The notes under the pieces are model-generated. The model was not told the origin of the DNA. It saw nothing but the letters and a program-made list of their open reading frames with translations, and did not search any database. The translations under genes and the position numbers were made by a program. From Ranitomeya imitator (Eukaryota), in NCBI RefSeq assembly GCF_032444005.1, contig NC_091286.1:1178001-1242000 (forward strand): a stretch of DNA of 64,000 bases, read 5' to 3'. Position 1 is the stretch's first letter; the number at the start of each line of letters is the position of its first letter. Shown here in pieces: positions 59,791 to 64,000 of this stretch.

Positions 59791-60750
59791 AAAACAGGGG
59801 GTTTTCTTCAGGGCTGTTAACTACCCTTCTACAGAGTAGAAAACTGATTACGACCAGACAATACGGGAAAATATGGAAAAAATTCCTCTCGTCCTCAGGC
59901 GCCAAAATAGGTGAGGGACTACCTCTTAATGCCATACTAAAATTTCTACAAAAAGGGTTAGAAATAGGTCTCTCCACAAGTACCCTAAAGGCCCATGTAG
60001 CAGCATTGGGGGCTCTATTAAACTACGATTTGGCATGGAATCGGCGGGTTTCCAGGTTCATCAGAGCAGCCGGGAGATCAAGACCTCTTCCTGTACGAAA
60101 CACCCCTCAGTGGGATTTAAATTTAGTCCTGACTAAACCTCCATTCGAACCCTTGGCAGATGTACCATTAAAAATCTTATCCCTCAAAACACCTCTGCTG
60201 GTTGCTCTCACCTCTGCACGTAGAGTGCAGCTCTATCTGCTACCCCACCTTTCACTCAATTCCTGAATGATAGGGTTGTTCTTAAAACAGACCCGGCCTA
60301 CCTCCCAAAAGTAGCTTCCCGATTCCATAGGACACAAGAGATATCTCTCCCTTCCTTTTGCCCTAACCCCAAAAACAAGGAGGAAGAGTCCTTACATATA
60401 TTGGATGTTAGGAGATGCCCGATGCATTACATAGAAGCCACCAGAGAGAGTAGGGAGGATGGCTCTCTTTTTGTATGCTTCCAGGGTCCCCGGAAGGGGA
60501 AGAAGGCCTCCAAGGGCACTCTGGCAAGATGGATCACGGGCGCAATCAACCTGTCATACTTGTCAAGTGGGGTACCTGTCCCGGGAAATGTCAAAGCACA
60601 CTCAACAAGAGCAGTAGCAGCCTCCTGGACAGAGAAGGCCGGAGCTTCCATTGATCAGAAATGTAGAGCTGCTACTTGGTCTTCACCGTCTACATTCTAT
60701 AAGCACTATAGATTGGACCTTATTTCCTCTTCGGTAAAAGGGTTCTGGAA
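59562..60750 (+). pseudogene. DIRS ORF3 tyrosine recombinase (frameshifted)
   Basis: STLKAHVAAL, ALTSARRV (first catalytic R), KAHSTRA (HxxR), ATWSSPSTFYKHYRLD (catalytic Y). Confidence 0.92.
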
Positions 60751-60786
60751 GCGGTGGTCCCTCCCTGAATGTACAATCTCCGCAAT

Positions 60787-60869
60787 TCTCTCCGTGGTGC
60801 CATCATGGGCGTCAGAGAAAAATATAGTTCTTACCGATAACGGTATTTCTCTGGGCCCATGACGGCACC
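60787..60869 (+). other. DIRS internal complementary region (ICR)
   Basis: Its reverse complement reads the element's 3' end joined to its 5' end: GGTAAGAACTATATT|TTTCTCTGACGCC. Confidence 0.92.
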
Positions 60870-61273
60870 TGTATATTCCCTCCCTTCACATATGGGTGTG
60901 CACATTAATAAAATGTCTTGGGTAAATACCTAAATAATAGCACACGGTATCTCGATTAAGACTTCAAGTAATGATAGACTTAGATTCTATTCTATAAGCT
61001 CCCATCATGCTCTAGTAAAGAAATGATGCGGGAGAGAGGTACCGCCTTTTTATCTGTAGCTTTCCTGTCCTTGATGGGTGGATCCCTTCTCTCCGTGGTG
61101 CCGTCATGGGCTCAGAGAAATACCGTTATCGGTAAGAACTATATTTTTTTGTGTGGCTGCCATTATTTTCAAGCACAGCGATACCTTTCATGCACCTGGA
61201 GTTCACTAGAGCATCACCTGTGGCCACTGGAATCCTCTTCCACTGCTCCATAACCAATCACAGAGCTGGTGGA

Positions 61274-61700
61274 TAGGGTTGAGCGAAATGGATCGTTCAT
61301 TTTCAAAAGTCGCCGACTTTTGGCAAAGTCGGGTTTCATGAAACCCGACCCGATCCCTGTGTGGGGTCGACCATGCGGTACGCGACTTTCGCGCCAAAGT
61401 CGCGTTTCGTATGACGCGCTTGGCGCCATTTTTTCAGCCAATGAAGAGCGTGGGCAGAGTGATGACATAGGTCTTAGGGGCGTGGACGCCTATCGCCATC
61501 TTGTCGCTTGTGCGCTGTAGCGATTTGCAATGTGTAACACCAGCTTTTCTGTTCAGGGACGGAGGGGGGAGGGAGAGGGAGAGAGAGAGAGAGAGGAGAA
61601 AAAAAAAAAATCCCATTGACTTTGCATTGGGTTTCGTGTTTCGGTCGATCCCCGACTTTTTGCTATAATCGGCCGATTTCACTCGACTCGACTTTTGAGA
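61274..61700. mobile_element. Truncated non-autonomous DNA element (TAGGGTTGAGCG terminus, internal palindromes)
   Basis: Starts TAGGGTTGAGCGA and interrupts the Tc1 relic; contains AAAAGTCG/CGACTTTT inverted motifs. The right end is lost at the CR1 junction. Confidence 0.55.
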
Positions 61701-61703
61701 TAG

Positions 61704-62577
61704 ACGCAAAGAATGCCCCCTTGTGCCCGTCACCTTCCTTGGTATAAACAGATCCTCAGCAAGATATTTGTATTGTCCCCTTATATACTTACACATGGTT
61801 ATTAGATCGCCCCTCAGTCGTCTTTTTTCTAGACTAAATAATCCTAATTTCGCTAATCTATCTGGGTATTGTAGTTCTCCCATCCCCTTTATTAATTTTG
61901 TTGCCCTCCTTTGTACTCTCTCTAGTTCCATTATATCCTTCCTGAGCACCGGTGCCCAAAACTGGACACAGTACTCCATGTGCGGTCTAACTAGGGATTT
62001 GTACAGAGGCAGTATAATGCTCTCATCATGTGTATCCAGACCTCTTTTAATGCACCCCATGATCCTGTTTGCCTTGGCAGCTGCTGCCTGGCACTGGCTG
62101 CTCCAGGTAAGTTTATCATTAACTAGGATCCCCAAGTCCTTCTCCCTGTCAGATTTACCCAGTGGTTTCCCGTTCAGTGTGTAATGGTGATATTGATTCC
62201 TTCTTCCCATGTGTATAACCTTACATTTATCATTGTTAAACCTCATCTGCCACCTTTCAGCCCAAGTTTCCAACTTATCCAGATCCATCTGTAGCAGAAT
62301 ACGATCTTCTCTTGTATTAACTGCTTTACATAGTTTTGTATCATCTGCAAATATCGATATTTTACTGTGTAAACCTTCTACCAGATCAATAATGAATATG
62401 TTGAAGAGAACAGGTCCCAATACCGACCCGTGCGGTACCCCACTGGTAACAGCGACCCAGTTAGAGACTATACCATTTATAACCACCCTCTGCTTTCTAT
62501 CACTGAGCCAGTTACTAACCCATTTACACACATTTTCCCCCAGACCAAGCATTCTCATTTTGTGTACCAACCTCTTG
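61704..62577 (-). mobile_element. Internal CR1 ORF2 fragment, same family as 28200-30976
   Basis: KRLVHKMRMLG...FADDTKLCK...REKDLGILV...RRLRGDLI, about 290 open codons, truncated at both ends. Confidence 0.95.
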
Positions 62578-63072
62578 GTTGGAGCACAGGGAATAAAACT
62601 ATGCAATGCCGTGTCGCTTCCAGGCCTGAACAAAACCCTGCACAACCAATCCGAAGGAGAGAAGTTACAGGGAATACTGAATTAGCCAGTGCTTAAAGTC
62701 CGGTGATGGTGACGAAGCCAGCCAGGGATACAAAAGGCCAGTGCACCAAAAGGGGAGATTTGGCACCATATCCCATCAAGCACTGAAGATCAGAGCTACG
62801 CAAGTCAAGGTGCAGACTACAATCATCAACAGTCAAGCACCGAAAAGCAGGACTTAGTCCCAGAAGCGTCTGCTCGCCGCTGCCCAGCACTGACTCCAAT
62901 GGCAGAAGCCGGAAAAGTTGCAGTAACTCTTTGTACAGAGTCAGACTAAGCGAGATGCTGGGACCAACGTCTCCGCTGAGCAGGCTCCACTGCGGCAGGA
63001 GAAGAATGGGAGACCGCAGCGGAGACGGCCCGAGATTCCCCCTGTGCAGAGGCGGGAACTTGACCCCTAACA
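62578..63072 (-). mobile_element. Probable LTR fragment from another family
   Basis: The minus strand begins TGTTAGGGGTCAAGTTCCCG. Non-coding; truncated at the CR1 junction. Confidence 0.5.
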
Positions 63073-64000
63073 GTAGAGACGTGAAAATAAAAAAATCTTT
63101 TTTTTCCACAAAAATGATCTTTTAGCCCCCAATTTTGTATTTTCCCAAGGGTATCTGGCAAAATTGGACCCCAAAAGCAATTTGTCCTGAGTACGCTGAT
63201 ACCCCATATGTGGGAGAAAACTACTGTTTGGGCGCATGGCAGAGCTCGGAAGGGAAGAAGTGGCATTTTGGAATGCAGACTTAGATGGATTGGTCTGCAG
63301 GCGTCACGTTGCGTTTGCAGAGCCCCTTAAGTACCTAAACAGTAGAAACCCCCCACAAGTGACCCCATATTGGAAACTAGACCCCCAAAGGAACTTATCC
63401 AGATGTGTTGTGAGAACTTTGAACCCCCAAGTGTTTCACTAAAGTTTATAATGCAGAGCCGTGAAAATGAAAAATCCTTTTTTTCCACAAAAATGTTTTT
63501 TTTAGCCCCAAGTTTTGCATTTTCCCAAGGGTAACTGGAGAAATTGGACCACAAAAGTTGTTGTCCAATTGGTCCCGAGTACGCTGATACCCCATATGTG
63601 GGGGTAAACCACTGTTTGGGCGCACGGCAGAACTCAGAAGGGAAGGAGCACCGTTTTACTTTTTCAATGCAGAATTGTAGGGATTGAGATTAGACGTCAT
63701 GTTGCATTTGCAGACCCCCTGATGTGCCTAGACAGTGGAAACCTCCCAATTCTAACTCCAACCCTAACTCCAACACATCCCTAATCCCAACCCTAACCAC
63801 ACCCATAACCCCAACACATCCCTAACCCTAATCCCAACCCTAACCATACCCTTAACCTTGACACAGCCCTAACCCAACCGTAAACGGAATCCAAACCCCA
63901 GCCCTAACTTTAGCCCCAACCCTAATGGGAAAATGGAAATAAATACTTTTTTTAATTTTATTATTTTTCCCTAACTAAGGGGGTGATAAAGAGGGGTTTG
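63073..64000. repeat. Unclassified repeat with a roughly 380-bp internal duplication and a CCCTAA-like tract; runs off the window
   Basis: The block GTGAAAAT..AAAAATC...GAGTACGCTGATACCCCATATGTG occurs at about 63080 and 63460. Degenerate CCCTAA/CCCAAC units at 63760-63925. Confidence 0.6.

Larger units (their letters stand above)
55765..61146 (+). mobile_element. Full-length DIRS1 tyrosine-recombinase retrotransposon with mutated ORFs
   Basis: Inverted terminal repeats (about 55765-55862 and 61023-61146), an ICR at about 60787-60869, and gag, RT, RNase H, methyltransferase and YR coding segments. Confidence 0.96.
52534..61273 (-). mobile_element. Third Tc1 element, fragmented by nested insertions (pieces at 52534-52577, 55561-55767 and 61150-61273)
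   Basis: TA|CAGCATATCAC...AGTACACCCC TIR with an inner repeat at about 55715. The C-terminus IHQL..MEQWKRIPVAT..ALVNS...ENNGSHT joins KY-stop across the DIRS insertion. Confidence 0.8.

Noticed and set aside
63760-64000. True telomere or chromosome end
   Set aside because: The tract is short, degenerate and followed by non-telomeric sequence.
1-64000. tRNA, rRNA, tRNA primer-binding site, or a Penelope RT/GIY-YIG ORF
   Set aside because: None was recognisable by eye. The Gypsy 5' LTR and PBS lie outside the window. tRNAscan and HMM searches would be needed to exclude short relics.

Overview
Vertebrate genomic DNA, most likely from a frog (inferred from the T2/TTAA MITE, DIRS1, CR1, L2 and Tc1 content); it is not prokaryotic. 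The only host-gene sequence I recognise is a cluster of four minus-strand otogelin (otog) exons at 51308-52133, encoding a VWD domain. Everything else appears to be intronic and is a dense nest of mobile elements. These include a chromodomain Ty3/Gypsy element, solo LTRs, three Tc1 elements, a DD41D mariner relic, a pogo relic, hAT, Kolobok and Harbinger-like MITEs, L1, L2, CR1, two DIRS1 elements, and an 18.7-kb non-autonomous Helitron carrying a 17-kb minisatellite. The most notable signal is non-coding: two unrelated small insertions (9379-10308 and 21219-21537) each carry a minimal type I hammerhead ribozyme. Each is flanked by a 13-15 bp target-site duplication and has a direct-plus-inverted, circularly permuted structure. 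This fits retrozyme-like elements copied from circular or multimeric RNA. Coordinates were counted by hand and family names rest on motif recognition, without database searches. The very long ORFs in the track are read-throughs of tandem repeats.
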